Shown here piece after piece: positions 1 through 13,100 of a stretch of DNA of 64,000 bases (its first letter is position 1; every line of letters begins with the position of its first letter). The DNA comes from Lophium mytilinum (lineage: Eukaryota). The position numbers and the translations under genes were made by a program. The notes under the pieces are model-generated. The model searched no databases, was not told where the DNA came from, and worked only from the letters and a program-made list of their open reading frames with translations. The DNA lies in assembly GCA_010093605.1 (NCBI GenBank), contig MU004183.1, positions 124,001-188,000 on the forward strand, given 5' to 3'.

Positions 1-1212
1 AACTTCTCGTCGTACGGTAAGTAGATTTCCGGCACGTTGATCTGAGGCAACTCTCGCGCCTGTAGCATGCCTAGCACGTAGGCGCCCTGAGGTGCATTTT
101 CGTCCGCTGTTGACGCAGCTTGCCGGATGAGCTGGATACCCTTGGCATAATCCTGCAGTTGACCATGTTGCCCTAGGAGTGTCATCATTCCGAGGCGGTA
201 GTTTGACGCTGAGTCTCCAGCTTCCGAGCCTCGCTTGTAATGCACGAGAGCTTTGATGGGATCGTTCGACTGTTCGAATTGCATGCCCATGCGGTACTCT
301 GCTCGGGAATAGCCCTTTTCCGCCGCACGGGTATAGCACCTGAACGCGTCTTTCTTATCCACTCTCATGCCAAATTTGCCAAATTCTAGCCACATGCCCT
401 TCATAAACTCGGCTTTCGGGTGGTGTTGATCCGCAAGGAATCCCACTATGTTCATAGCATCTACGCGTAACTGGTGCTCTACTTGGGGTGTGTGTGGCCT
501 TGGAGGCTGGGTAGTTGCTACCCGCATCTCGTGAAGCTGCGACGCGTCCACATATGCCAATGCATCCTGGGCCCAAGTAAGCTGCATCTCCGGGTCATTC
601 GAGTTCAAGACTGGCACGCGGGCATTTTCCAGCACAGCCTCCTTCTCATCGTCCGTGGGTGGTACATGTGCAAGTCGGGTTCGGAGTTTGGGGAACGGCG
701 AGAAGTTTGGCAGGTCGGAAGGGATGGCAAATTGATTGTAATCGTGGGATATGGCGCTCTGTTGAACTGGCTGCACGGCCACGGCGGGCGGCTGTTTGAA
801 AGCAGAAGATATACTGGCGTTCCTCTGGGGCCAATGTCCCCCTCCCGGTGCCCCTCCTTGTGCCCCACTTTGTATTTGTTCACTCTGGTAACTTGATGTT
901 CGCTCCGGGAACGCGTTCGCGGGAGGTTGATTATAGGATTGCGGCGGTTGTGGGGGCATCGAGTTGCGAGGTCCATTAGCTTCGAGCTCAAGATGTGCGA
1001 GGTTGTCTTGCATATTCTCTGGAACCTCGGGCATTATTCTGTCCACCACAACTAGATCAGCTCCATTGTTTCCGGGCGACAAACTGAGATTGTACGAACC
1101 GCTGAGGAGCCGGTGATATGAGTTCAGGACCGGCTTGCGGCATGTAGTAGTCGTCGAAGCCGCCGGGTACAAAGGTAGCCCCCAGCCGGGGCTGCCCTTG
1201 GTTGTAACTCAT
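1..1212 (-). CDS. Chitin synthase activator, Chs4/Skt5-like SEL1-repeat protein (3' end runs off the window)
   Basis: Manual minus-strand translation from ATG at 1212 gives MSYNQGQPRLGATFVPGGFDDYYMPQAGPELISPAPQR, an intron at ~1043-1099, then IMPEVPENMQDNL. SEL1-like repeats lie near the window start (GDSASNYRLGMMTLLGQHGQLQDYAKGIQLIRQAA...PQGAYVLGML). Confidence 0.85.
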
Positions 1213-2858
1213 GCTTGCTTTGTCTAGCGACCGCTGGAGTGCTTGTTAGATGTGTCTGAAAGGTTCGAGGGTCGAGAGGGAGGTTTGCTACAACGCCGCA
1301 TCGCATGAGGTGACTACATGAGTAGTTATGACAAGGTAGATCATTCACGTACCTCTTGGCAAGACGCTACTGGTAGAGTTTGGAGTTTCGCGAGGTGTCA
1401 ACAGCTAGACTCGAAGCCAAGCCGGCAGTGCTGCAGAAGCTCGAGTAGATCGTCGTCAGCGCGGGCGGTATGCGGAGTAGGGCTCGGATGAAGACGCGGC
1501 TAGGAAGCGGACGGAATCGGCGGGCAGACAGGATAATGTGTAATAATAGAGTGAAGAAGGGACTGTAGGATTAGGTCATGCTCGTTTCTAAGACAGGTTG
1601 AAAGCAGCCTCGACGTGTGTCTTGGAACTGGTCAGCGGGTGCTTGGGTAGCGGGGTGACGTTTGAGGCTCTAAGAAGTATCTCCGACTGAGATCATCCGT
1701 GCGAAGTTACAAAAAGATAGGGGATCCTGCTGCTGCTGGGTCTCCATCCGATTCCTGGAGGAGGCTCTACTATTAATGTGCCCCTTGGGCTGCCGTGAGA
1801 ACAACACACAGACTTGAGGCTGTTGCTGCGCCATCCGGCACCCAACGAGGCTGAGCTTCCAGCCCAGCGAAACGAAACCCTTTTGCGGAACCGGCGCCAC
1901 CACAGCTCGCTATTCACCACTCTATTCGATCTTCCAATTCGTTCCTAGCACGAAACAAGCATTAGGGGCGTATCGTTAGTATCAAAGGCTGAGAAGCCAT
2001 ACGAATGAGGAGATTACAGGTTGGCAGCTACACTTCCCTCTCTTTTCCCCGACTTCGACGACGGGTACATGATACACCAACATAACAGCATTTCACTGCA
2101 ACTACTCCCTCACCGAGATGACCTCTTTCCCACAAGCTTCTGCTCAGTCTATTTTTGTTTGCGTGAAACGCTGTGCCGTTTATCGCAGACCCATGGCTGT
2201 GGGATGAAGTCGCGCGCGTATATCTTACGTGACTACTTCCTGTTTCAGGCCAGCTCCCAGGAAACACGGAATCCTTGCGATCCATGATCTGCAACACATT
2301 GTTTCAAGAACAGGGCTAGGTGTTGGGGAGGCTCCACGAGAGCAGACAGTGAATACATAAGATGCTGACACCAACGGCTGCTCCCTCTTACCGCAGTCTA
2401 AGCTCGCAACTAGGAACCATAAGCATGTCGTAAGTCTCTAGGATTTATAACACGCTTCAAGGCGCCAGTCAGAATGACTGACTGCTACGTACAGATATAT
2501 TTTCTGCTCATCAGCCAGAGCTGAGAAAGGCTGTTTCGCGAGTAGTCAGCGTATCGCATCCGTTTTGATAACTGTGTACACCTGTTTACCGCCGTCTGAG
2601 GTGCCTCAACACACCTTCACAGATTGAAACGAGGTAAATTTATGATGTTTTCAGCAACTGGTCAACTTGCTACGCCACCTCAGACGGTGCCAGCCTTGAC
2701 AGCCAAAGGTGAAGATGTTGCCAAGACGAGATCTTATCATCCAAACTTCACTCCTCACCCCACCGCTCACGCGTATACTCTCGCTCTCTTCGTCGTCTTC
2801 ACACCAAGCTCACTACCCTCTCTCATGATTCCGCTCTTAAGTGGACAAGAGGCTCGCC

Positions 2859-5420
2859 ATGGCTACTCTCCCTGGTCACCTTTTCCAAGCTTACAGGCAA
2901 TACAAGTCCGACACGGGAACCATCGCCGGCTGGCTTGCGGAGACGTCCACAAATTGTGGATATGAGCCCGAAAACAAACGTCCTGATCAAAAAGCACCAC
3001 CTAGGCTGAGGGGCAAAGCGCGTAAGCTTGCTCGAGATGTCGCACAGCAGGAGACGTCGAAGCGCGATTAAAGGACGCCATACGCCATCAGAGTTGCTGA
3101 CTTCGTTCCTATGGCACAATTCATAGCTTCACGCAGACCAAAAGTCACCGTTCCAGCTGACCTTAGCGAGTCTTTCACAAGAGCAGTCACGGCCAGGCGA
3201 TGGTGCACAGAATGGTTTAGCTCGCATACCCTCAACCGAGACAGTGATAATCGCCACTCCCACTTCACTGGTGTGCTTGAAGCGTCCTTTCGTTCTTTGT
3301 TGTCTCTTATTGATACCCCCAAAGTCGCGCCTAGAGAACAACGCTCGGCCAGACAGAAATCTCCTGAAGTGGAAGTTGAAAGTTCCACCAACATCTTCGA
3401 ACATCTAACCGTCGAAGACACTCTGGAAGACTCGGCAGAGAGTGGTCTAGATCCAAGCCAAGCGGCACAGTCTGGGCCTCCGCGTCCGCTACCTTACGCT
3501 GTTATTGAGCAAGACAAAGAGGGCATCATGGATGACTTCTTGTTCGCCATATACTGCTATTTGACAGACTTGCATGAGCTTCAAGAGTATCTCAAGGGGC
3601 TTTGGAAGTCATATAAGGAAGGCGCATCAGAGTTGCTAGTCGTGTCGCTCATCACAAACACCGCTATCGATCTCGTCCGTATGTCTGAATACGAACTCGA
3701 ATTCAATATCAAGCGTCCGGAAGAGTACCCCATCGCAAAGTTTCCAACTTGGACCCTTCCCGCGGTTCTGTACTTTCAGCTTGTACCGGAAGACTCGGAC
3801 CTTAGTGTGCAGGAAGTGGTCATGCCTTGGTCATGTCCGCCCCTCCAATATGTCAACTTCACCAAAAAGGAGGAATTCACGTTCTGGACGATATACTCTC
3901 TTTTCAAGACCTTCGTACCCCCGAATGCGGCAGACAGGCGGCGGCACGGGGCATTCCGAATCCTCGACCTCGAGAACATGTTCCGCGAGGGCGGTGAAGA
4001 CCCCAAATATGTACGGCTGGCGGCATTTCTTCCTGAGATCTGCTCTGTCGCAAGCGCTTCCGAGCGTTCCTTTGCCGAAGATGAGTTCACGCGCGGCTTC
4101 CGTCATCTAATCACGAAGTACGAAATACTCATCTGGTTCACGTTTGCAGCCCAGGTTTTCATGGACATCCAGAGCATGCTTGCAGAGACCCTCCAAGAGT
4201 CGTACCACGATATTCAAGAAGTTGTCGGTCAAGCGGTGGAGGCGCACCAGATTTACTGCTCATACGTCGAGGCATTGCCAAACAACATTAAGAGGTCGAA
4301 GCATCATGAACCCCTCTGCAAAGCCATTAGAAACACTTACAACCTAGTGCTGGAAGATCGTATTGGGAAAATGCAAGCTGAGCGTGCAAGTGCCTCACTG
4401 AAAAACTCGGCTGTCAAGCTGAAAGGAACGGACTACTTTCTCGGTTCCCACCCACTGCGGTGTGGCCTCATCAAGTACGATCTGTACCTTCAGCGTCATT
4501 GGCGAGGGCTCCTCATAGCGAATGCCAGTGCGGATATCGTCTGCATGGCCCATCTCTACGCCGCCTGTAGACTCCTCCGACCCGAGAGTGCGCCGTGGCC
4601 GGACATGGAACTCCTCATTGCGCGCCAAACACGAGAGCATCTGTTTATAGGCGGACAACCCAAAACTCTCGCCGAAAGCGAGGTAAAGTTCCGCCTATTC
4701 CTCGGTCAACCCCCACAGGCTCTAGCCAAAAACAGGCGTACTTCTCACATTCCTTGGAACCCCAAGAAAGCACGCGTGCTGAAGAATCAGAGCATCATCT
4801 CAGAAGCTTTCCTAGAAAGGATGTGCGGCTACAATGAAAAGGCCGATCCCAGCACCGCGAGCCTACAGAAAACGCTCATGGACCCGACGTTCTGGCAGCG
4901 CCTCCCGCTGAAGAAAGAGCATATTGATAACGCTATTCCGGATAACCAGACAAAGGGGGTCCCATATACGGCGATTGAAACGTGCGAAAGAATGCGCCTA
5001 GCTCTCACGAACGACATGGCGGATTTTTGCTTCGATTGGCTCTCTATGCAACGCACCTGCGAAGTAATCATGCGCGCTCTGGGAATGGCAACAGATGCAA
5101 ATCATCCGGGGTTTGAAACGGCTCAGACGGCCCCCCAAGCACGCGGCTTGTCGGTCCTGTTCGAAGCATCTCTTGCAGAAGAGCTCCACCCGCACGTACC
5201 GCAAGCGGATCTAGCGACAAAGCGTGACCTTTTGCCGCTACTTAGCAGAACTAACGATCTTATACAAAGCGTCGTTAGACGCGGCGATGGCGATAAGGAA
5301 ATCCAGAAGCTGCGAATTATCAGTAAGGGTACAGACTATGGTTGCTACCTCTGGGAATTGAAGGAGTTGGCGTTGCTTTATGGTGGAGAGGAACATGTGC
5401 CGAAGGACCTTTGCACCTAG
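2859..5420 (+). pseudogene. DUF6604-like fungal protein interrupted by one in-frame TAA (3069-3071)
   Basis: MATLPGHLFQAYRQYKSDTGTIAGWLAETS..CGY..RLRGKARK is in the same frame as the 769-aa ORF at 3111. After the TAA the frame reads RTPYAIRVADFVPMAQFIA, matching the family motif as I recall it. No plausible intron spans the stop. Confidence 0.7.
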
Positions 5421-5520
5421 GATGATGAGAAAAGGAAGTTAGATAGCAATCCAAATACCAGCCTCTACATCTGAACCTGAAAGTCCCACTGTGAGTGCTT
5501 GGGAGTTGCCCGACCGACGC

Positions 5521-6900
5521 CACCGTGAGGGGGAGCCCCACTAGCAGGTAAATAGGCTGGCAAAATATGGCTCAATTTCCATTGCATCAGCTTTTACTTG
5601 TTAACCTTAAGATTCTACTACATGATCTTTTGTTTTGCTCGTTCGTAAGCACTGTAAGGAGGACCCCCATTGGCAGGTAAACAGGCCGTCAAAAGGTAGC
5701 CCGATTCCCATTGCATCAGCTTTTCATACTTGATGCCGATCTTCCATTGCACAAGCGTTGTTATTGCTTGACGGTGAGCACTGTGAGGCCCAGCTAGTAC
5801 ATGCGTTGTATGCCAAAGGGTCGCCCGATTTGCAATACATTAGCATTTACATCCTAGTCGTAAGATTTCACTACGCATACTTCAGCTTTTCTCGATCGGT
5901 AGCACTGTGAGGGGCGACCCCGCTGATCGGTGACCAATATGTCAAGAGGTAGTTTAATTCTCGTTTCGTCAACTGTTATATTTTAATCTTCAACTTCCAC
6001 TGCACAAGCTTCACTCTTGCCCGATTAGTACCACTGTAAGGGGTAACCCAGCTAGTAGGTATCTATCATGTTAAGAGGTAGTGTAATTCCCACCGCATCG
6101 ACCTTTACATCTTAATCAGAGTATTCCACCCGGAAAACTTCGCTCTTGCTCGCCCGATACCACTGTCAAGAGTATCCCAGCTAGCAAGAAACTAATGTGC
6201 CAAAAGGTAGCCTGATCTCCACTACTATACCGTTAGCTCTGCTACTTTATCGCGGAAATCTCAAGACATAATTTATTCTTGCTCGCGTCGTAGCACTGTA
6301 AGGAGTAGCCTAGCTAGAAGGAGATAATCGTTTCACGAGGTGGCCTGATTCTCCTTACCGTAGCTTTAGTTCTTCTACTTCGCCGCGAAAATCTCCTAGG
6401 ACGAGATTTACTTCTGCTCACCTAATAGCACTGTGAGGAGTACCCCAGGTAGTAGGAGAGTGGTGTGTCAAGAGGTAGCCTAATTTCCGTTTCTGCCGCC
6501 TTAGTCCTACTACTTAATCGCGCAAATTCCATCGAACAAGCTTCATTTTTGCTTCCTTGATACCGCTGTAAGGAGTAGCTCAGCAAGCAGGCAGTCCGTT
6601 CGTCAAGAGGCAGCCTGAAATTAATTGCATCAGCCTTGTATCTCCCTGACCGATGTTTCACTCCACGGGCTTCATTCTTGCTTGCCGAACGCCACTGTGA
6701 GGAGTAGCCCCGCTAACAGGTAGATAATCCGTTAAAGGGGGACCAAATTCAGCCTTTACATCTTAATTTTAATATTACACCGCACAGGCCTTACTTTTGC
6801 TCGTTTGTGAGCACCGTGGGGAGTGGACCCGCTAGTAGGCAACATACTCGCCAAAAGGTAGTTTGATTCCCATTGCATCAACAGTTACATCTTGACTACC
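5521..6900. repeat. Degenerate tandem array A, ~11 units of ~129 bp
   Basis: Anchor CACTGTRAGG (or a close variant) at 5521, 5650, 5779, 5903, 6032, 6161, 6294, 6429, 6564, 6693 and 6812. Internal blocks such as CCAGCTAG, CAAGAGGTAG, TTGCATCAGC and TCTTGCTCG recur in register. Confidence 0.9.
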
Positions 6901-7387
6901 ACATTTACAAAGACAGATGTGGTTGCCGTGTCGGACTTTTAGTAGCTGTGAGCTCAAAAGATGTGACCGGGGACACTAGTCGAGCTCAGCTAGCTGCATG
7001 CTGGGCGTTCTCTAGTCCATTCTAGGAGGGGAAGTATGAAAGGAGCATGAGAGTAGTCGTCTACGCTGCCAGAATACGTTGTAAGAAATCTAGCGATCCC
7101 AATAGTCGCTGGAAAGTACGACGAGAAACTCGAAATTCGCAACATCATTGGCCGAGTAAGTATACAACCTGCTGTAGAATATACCAAGCTTCTACCTCAT
7201 AATATATGCTAAAATGAAAAATTGAGCTCCTTCAGACTATAGTAAACATAGATGAATATATCTCGAGGCACTATATGTACCCCCGTATGAAGTGTTTTAG
7301 ATGTCTCGTTGCCTGCGTTTGGATGGGATGGAAAGAAAGAAAGTGAAAAGCAAGGAGCCGCACAGCAAACAGGAAAGGCGCACCCCT

Positions 7388-7396
7388 TCACGTGAC
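7388..7396 (-). promoter_or_regulatory. GTCACGTGA E-box (Cbf1/bHLH-type site) ~210 bp upstream of ASF1
   Basis: TCACGTGAC on the plus strand. The same 9-mer sits ~180-200 bp upstream of two other genes (31176, 47966). Confidence 0.4.
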
Positions 7397-7605
7397 CTGC
7401 ACGAAACCGCGCTTTCCAAAGTAGCCGGGCAACGGCGGCTCGTCTTCAACAGCTCAAGACCACACACCGCTCTGCCACAAACCAACCCTCAAACAACCTT
7501 GGCTAGCACTTATATTGCCCCCGACTCTCACAATACTTAAAGCCCGCATCCCCCAAACAAACAGCTTCTAGAACGCAACTCATCGCCCGCACATACCCCG
7601 CCAAC

Positions 7606-8661
7606 ATGTCTGTTGTCTCGCTCCTCGGCGTCGAGGTGAAGAACAACCCAGCCGCGTTCGACGCGTCGTACGAGTTCGAAATCACATTCGAGTGTCTTGA
7701 GAAGCTACAGAAAGGTACTATTCCCGATATGCCCTCATCCTACGCGTTGCTGACCCTCCAGATCTCGAATGGAAGTTGACCTACGTGGGCTCTGCTACCT
7801 CGTATGTGCCCTCACTTTTCCCTAGAACGCCATGCCACTCAATCTTTCAATGTAGTCTAACCATACCCGTACAGATCTGAATACGACCAAGAGCTCGACT
7901 CCCTCCTCGTCGGCCCCATCCCAATCGGCATCAACAAATTCATCTTCGAAGCCGACCCCCCGAGCCTGACGCGCATCCCCGCCAGCGAGATCCTAGGCGT
8001 GACCGTGATCCTGCTGTCCTGCAGTTACGACGGCCGCGAGTTCGTGCGCGTGGGCTACTACGTCAACAACGAGTACACGGATGAAGCCCTCATCGCGGAG
8101 CCCCCCGCCAAGCCCATCATCGAGAAGGTGCGGCGCAACATCCTCGCGGAGAAGCCGAGAGTGACACGATTCGCTATCAAGTGGTATGTCTGCTTAGAGT
8201 CTACCTGGAAGATTGGCGCTAGTTGGTTGAGGCGAATGAACACTATGCTAATATATCAACACAGGGACTCTGAAGAGTCCGCACCCCCAGAATTCCCCCC
8301 AGACCAGCCCGAAGCCGACGCCAACGAGGCCGACGGCGACAAGTACGGCGCCGAAGAAGCGGAGGAGGAAGAAGAGCTCATAGAGATTGCTGAAGGCGCT
8401 ACCATTGGCACTGGCGACGGAGACGAAGAGATGGCCGGCGCCGACGACACCGCTGGCCCCATAAAGGGAGAAGACGCCGAATCCGACGCCGGCAGCGAGG
8501 ACCTGGGCGAGAGCTCCGAGGACGACGACGAGGAGGAGGGCGAGGAAGAAGGCGAAGGCGACGAGGACATGGAGATGGACGAGGATGGAGCCAAAGCCGA
8601 GGAGCCGCCCGCGAACGGGGCCGTGAAGCTGGAGCAGCACGCGGACCTAATGGTGCACTAA
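7606..8661 (+). CDS. ASF1: Histone chaperone ASF1 (3 introns)
   Basis: [36 protein letters not shown] / [12 protein letters not shown] / [28 protein letters not shown]...[24 protein letters not shown]...[17 protein letters not shown], followed by an acidic tail. Confidence 0.97.
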
Positions 8662-10134
8662 GCGTGCATTTTTCGTGTGTTAAGGCAATGCAGCTAACCG
8701 GATAGTAGACATTGATTCCTGAGCTGCTGGCCTTAGTGAATGCTCATGTGGCTTTGGTAGCTGCTCGGCTGGCGTCTACCGTTCAATTAGAACCTCCCAG
8801 CCCTGATTGATTCAGAGGCATGCTATTTATCTTGCGGCTGTCTCTTGGATCGCTGGCAATCTGTTTCCTTACTTGAACATTCTTTGTCTTACTCTACTGG
8901 CGGCATTGGCTGCGAGGGCGTGGGGCTGCTAGTGATATTGGTTTGATAGCGAATACACTCTGGCTTATGATACCATAACCCCAATTACCTTATCATCAAC
9001 TGTGAACTGTTTTCTGTCACCGTTTCAAGTCTTTCCTTCCTTGTGGCATTCACAAGAAGTATGAACTACCACCGAAGAGTCTGGACCACCGCTCACACCG
9101 CTCTGGACTATCTCTGAGAGCGTCCTCCGTTACTCAAAGGGATCCGTTAATATCAAACGCGCTGGTTGAGTTGCGAAGTATCGCTCTGGGGCGTCATATT
9201 CGATTTCCGGGACTACTCAAAGAGAGAAATCGGTAAAAGGCGCAACTCCACGTTTTTCATCTCTAAATTAGGACGCAAGACTTCATAGAACAAGGTATCT
9301 CCCAAACCTGCGCGCTTTACCAGTCAAGGAAAGGTGTCGCCAGATAGCGAGCACGTGATATGATAACTGCATGGCTATCCGTTCCTTTTTTAACCTGTAA
9401 GAGTCTTAGGCGGTAGTAACGGTTAAGTTTCGTGTACGCCGTCCGAAAGACCTAACAATCGGCAACCGGCTATGGCGGTGGAAAGGGCGAGATAAGACGC
9501 AGTAAGAATTTTATTATTGAGTACGAATACTTTACTCATCGTAGAACTACGGCGCAATAACAGCAACTAAGAAGCTAGAAGGGATACCTTTGTAGCTAAT
9601 AAAAGCGTAGCTGTGAGAGGGAGAATAGACTAGGCCGTAAGGCGATAGCGCGACTCGGTAATAGAGAAGATGGAGCCTCGAAAACGTATTGCATAGATAT
9701 CTGACGGCTAGGGATTTCTTCTTGCTTGCTCTACACCACTGTCTGGGGTAGCCCGGCAAGCCTGTAGCCTGTTGGCTAGGCGGCAGTCTGATTTGCACTG
9801 CGTTGGTCTTCACGCCTTGTTTCAAGTCTTCTGATTTTCATCAGGTGGATGTCGTACCGCTGAGGCTGCACTCTCTTGCTCGGTAGACACCACTGTTGGG
9901 AGTAGTCCGGTACGTTTCATAAAGAATGGCACGTTCATCTCGTTCATGACACTTTGTCTCGTTAGAAAGAGGAGCCCCCCCCTTCTCCCCCGGCCAACCA
10001 GTCTGTTCCGATCTGGGCTGATACAGGCCATGCAGTAAATGAAGAACGGAATCTCTAGTCCTTCTTTGCGCATGACTGGTTCGCAATGAACGAGTCTTTT
10101 GACACCCCAATAAAGGCATGCTGTTTTGATGGCC

Positions 10135-13100
10135 TTACATATGTGAGCGATCCACGCCATTTCCCCTTGAAGTTTCCTCTGTCATGTCCTTGACAGTTCG
10201 GTCTAACACGATAATACGTGCGCCTTGTTGTATGAGGAAGTTGACTAGTGCCTTGTGTCCATTGCGAGCTGCCAGGTGTATAGCCGTACCCTTTTCAACC
10301 GTAATTGTGCCATAATGACGAGATGATGTTTCAGATGCTTCGTCGGATTGGTAGTTAATTTCCGGTGAATCGACGTACTCCCGCCCTCTAGGGTGTCTGT
10401 GATTTTGAATCTCGATATACTCCATATCAAGATTAGCTCCGTGCTCCAGCAACGCCTGTACTATTGCAACGTGCCCGCTGGCTGCTGCTAAATGAAATGC
10501 TGTCTGTGATATGCGATATGATGTGATCAAGGCATTGCCTTCATCTGCGGGATCCCACTCAACATCTTCGAACTCGCCCATGGCAATGCCGGTCCCGAGC
10601 GCTAGAAGAACCCGAACAACATGAATATCGCCATCCTTGCAGGCTTGACGAAGTAAGGACTCATTGGTCAAGCCTTGTTGGAAGTCATGCTCTATTGTCT
10701 TTTCGGCATCATTTTCTGATGACGGTGCGAGCTGTTGGATAGGAGACGCGCCATCCGCAGCAAACAGCTTCAGCAGCTTCTCATGCCCTTTTTTGGCTGC
10801 GTGCCAAAGTAATTTTCTCATAACCTCGTTTTTCAAACTATCATATGAGCTTTTTTTCTCGAAAAGTATTTTGACTACGGCCTCGTGCCCCTCATTGAAT
10901 GCAGCCTCTATCGGTGTTTTGCGATAACCACCAGCTCGGCTAAAGGGGTCTACAACGTCGTTGGCAAGCAGCAAGCTCACAACTCCTGTATGGCCCCATT
11001 TTGCGGCAACCGATAGTGCGAGCGAGTGTATCAATGAGCCCCTTGCAAGCAGCAAGCTCACAACTCCTTCGTAGCCTTGTGCTGCGGCACACAACAGTGG
11101 GGTCTGTCCGGATCTGTCGGGCGAGTCTGGCGGTATGCCTTCTGCAAGCAGCAAGCTCACAACTCCCTCGTGGCCATTGGATGCGGCTAACAACAGTGGG
11201 GTCTGGCCGGATCCATCAGGCGAGTCTAGCGGTATGCCTTATGCAAGCAGTAAGCTTACAATCGCCTCGTGGCTGAGTCCTGCGGCATACGCTAGTGGAC
11301 TTGTACCATCGAAATCGAGGGCGTCTGGTGGTGAGCCTTTTGCAAGCAGAGCGGCCGTAATACTCTCTAAGCCAAAATGTACGGCAAGATGCAACGCTAG
11401 AGATACCTGCTGCCATGTACCTCTGTGGCGGTGGAGAGGATCAGTCCTTTGTTGCCACAAATTTGTAACGTTGGGTTCCTTTTCAAGAAAATCAAGAATG
11501 AACGGATCGACGTCTTCTGATGCTGCACGAATAGCGTGATGACCCCAATGCTCGTCTGCATATCTAAAGAGAGGGAACAGCAGGTCGCGTGCGAGCGAAT
11601 TCGGGAACGTTGAAAAGGAGTCCGATCCGAAAATATTGAATGATAAATAAGTAACGCAAGTCACTGTAATGTCTTTTTCTGCGTTTGGAAGGATAGATTT
11701 GCGTTTGAAGTATTCTTCGGTCGTCTTATGAACTAATTGAACAGTTCTACTGACAGTGTCCACTCGAACCAGTCCGGCGCATATTGAACCGAGGGTTTCG
11801 ACTTCGGGAAGGAAGTCTTCGTCTGGGTCAGTCATGCCCGGACAAACAGCCATGGCATGTTGTAGTTCCCCGACGGAGAGCACCCTCTGCGCATGGCTAA
11901 GCCAAGTCAGGACGTTCATGGTAAGCCTCCGGGAATCTTCTGGCTGCCTATCAATCCTCTCTACTGCTTTGTCGTACGTCTTATCTAGGCCTTTTTGTCC
12001 GCGAGGTAGATCGGCGAGAGCTCGCTTGATATGTCCCACGGTGGGCTGGGTGATGAGGGAGTCCATGTGCAATCGAGCAAGAAGGAACCTAAAATTTTCG
12101 AGTTAAGACGGTTCGTAACGCATAACTTGACAGATCAGAAGGACCCTACATTCCGTCAACGCTGTTCAAAATTTCGTTCCTAATCTTCTCTTGGATTTGC
12201 GGGTGCTTGGAGATCTGTGTCCGCAAGAGCAGGGGCATCCGACCGTTGATATAATGGAGAATATCATCATCATGAGCGCGGATCTCTTTGAATGCACAGC
12301 CTTCAAACCGCGAAGTGATATCAGCCTCAAAGCGAGATGTCGCGAAGAGGCTGACCTGGATTTCAGTTTGAAGCTGGAATAGTTCTGATAAAAGCTTCCA
12401 AATTGCTTCCTTATTGGCAGCGTAGTTTTCGTCTTTGTCTGGTCCATTTGTAGTCGCTACACGATACTCATCTAAGGCGTCGATGACAATGAACACTTTG
12501 CTGTGCAGCTTGAGTGTCGCTCGCAATGCTTTCACGACCTCGTCGAGAGGCGGTGATTTATGTTTAAATTGCTTGTGGAGCTCTTTTAACGCGTCGGGTA
12601 GTACTGGTCTCCCTTGAGCTAGCTGCCTTAAAAGGCTTGAGAGAATGGCCAAAGGTGTCTGTTCGTGTTGCGACTGATAATTGCAGAAAACATAGGCGAT
12701 CCCAACACTTGGGTCGTCGCGAAATCTCATCGTGAGATAATCCACAACAATCGCAGACATCATAGTCTTTCCCGCTCCAGGCATCCCGGGGCAAAATAGT
12801 GTTTGTTCGTTTTGGTCGACCCAGCTGCGAAACTCATCGGACTGCAACAGCCATAGCCCGGTCTCTCCCTGGCGTCTAGCGATTATTTCATTCTGCTGGG
12901 GGCCAAAATCCATAGGAGTGAGCCAATCAAGCATTTCTTGACGCTCTCTGTCGTCCTGGCGTTGATGTAGCCTGTCGACGCCGTCTTTGGTTGCTAGTGT
13001 GACTTGCCTGATAAAAGGCAATCTTAGCTTGAGACACTAGATATAGGAGATGGCGCGTACCCATAGAGTTTCCTATGGAACGCATCCAAGAGATTGACAT

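Noticed and set aside
5521..6900. CRISPR-like interpretation of array A
   Set aside because: Whole units are homologous with no unique spacers, the context is eukaryotic, and no cas genes are present.
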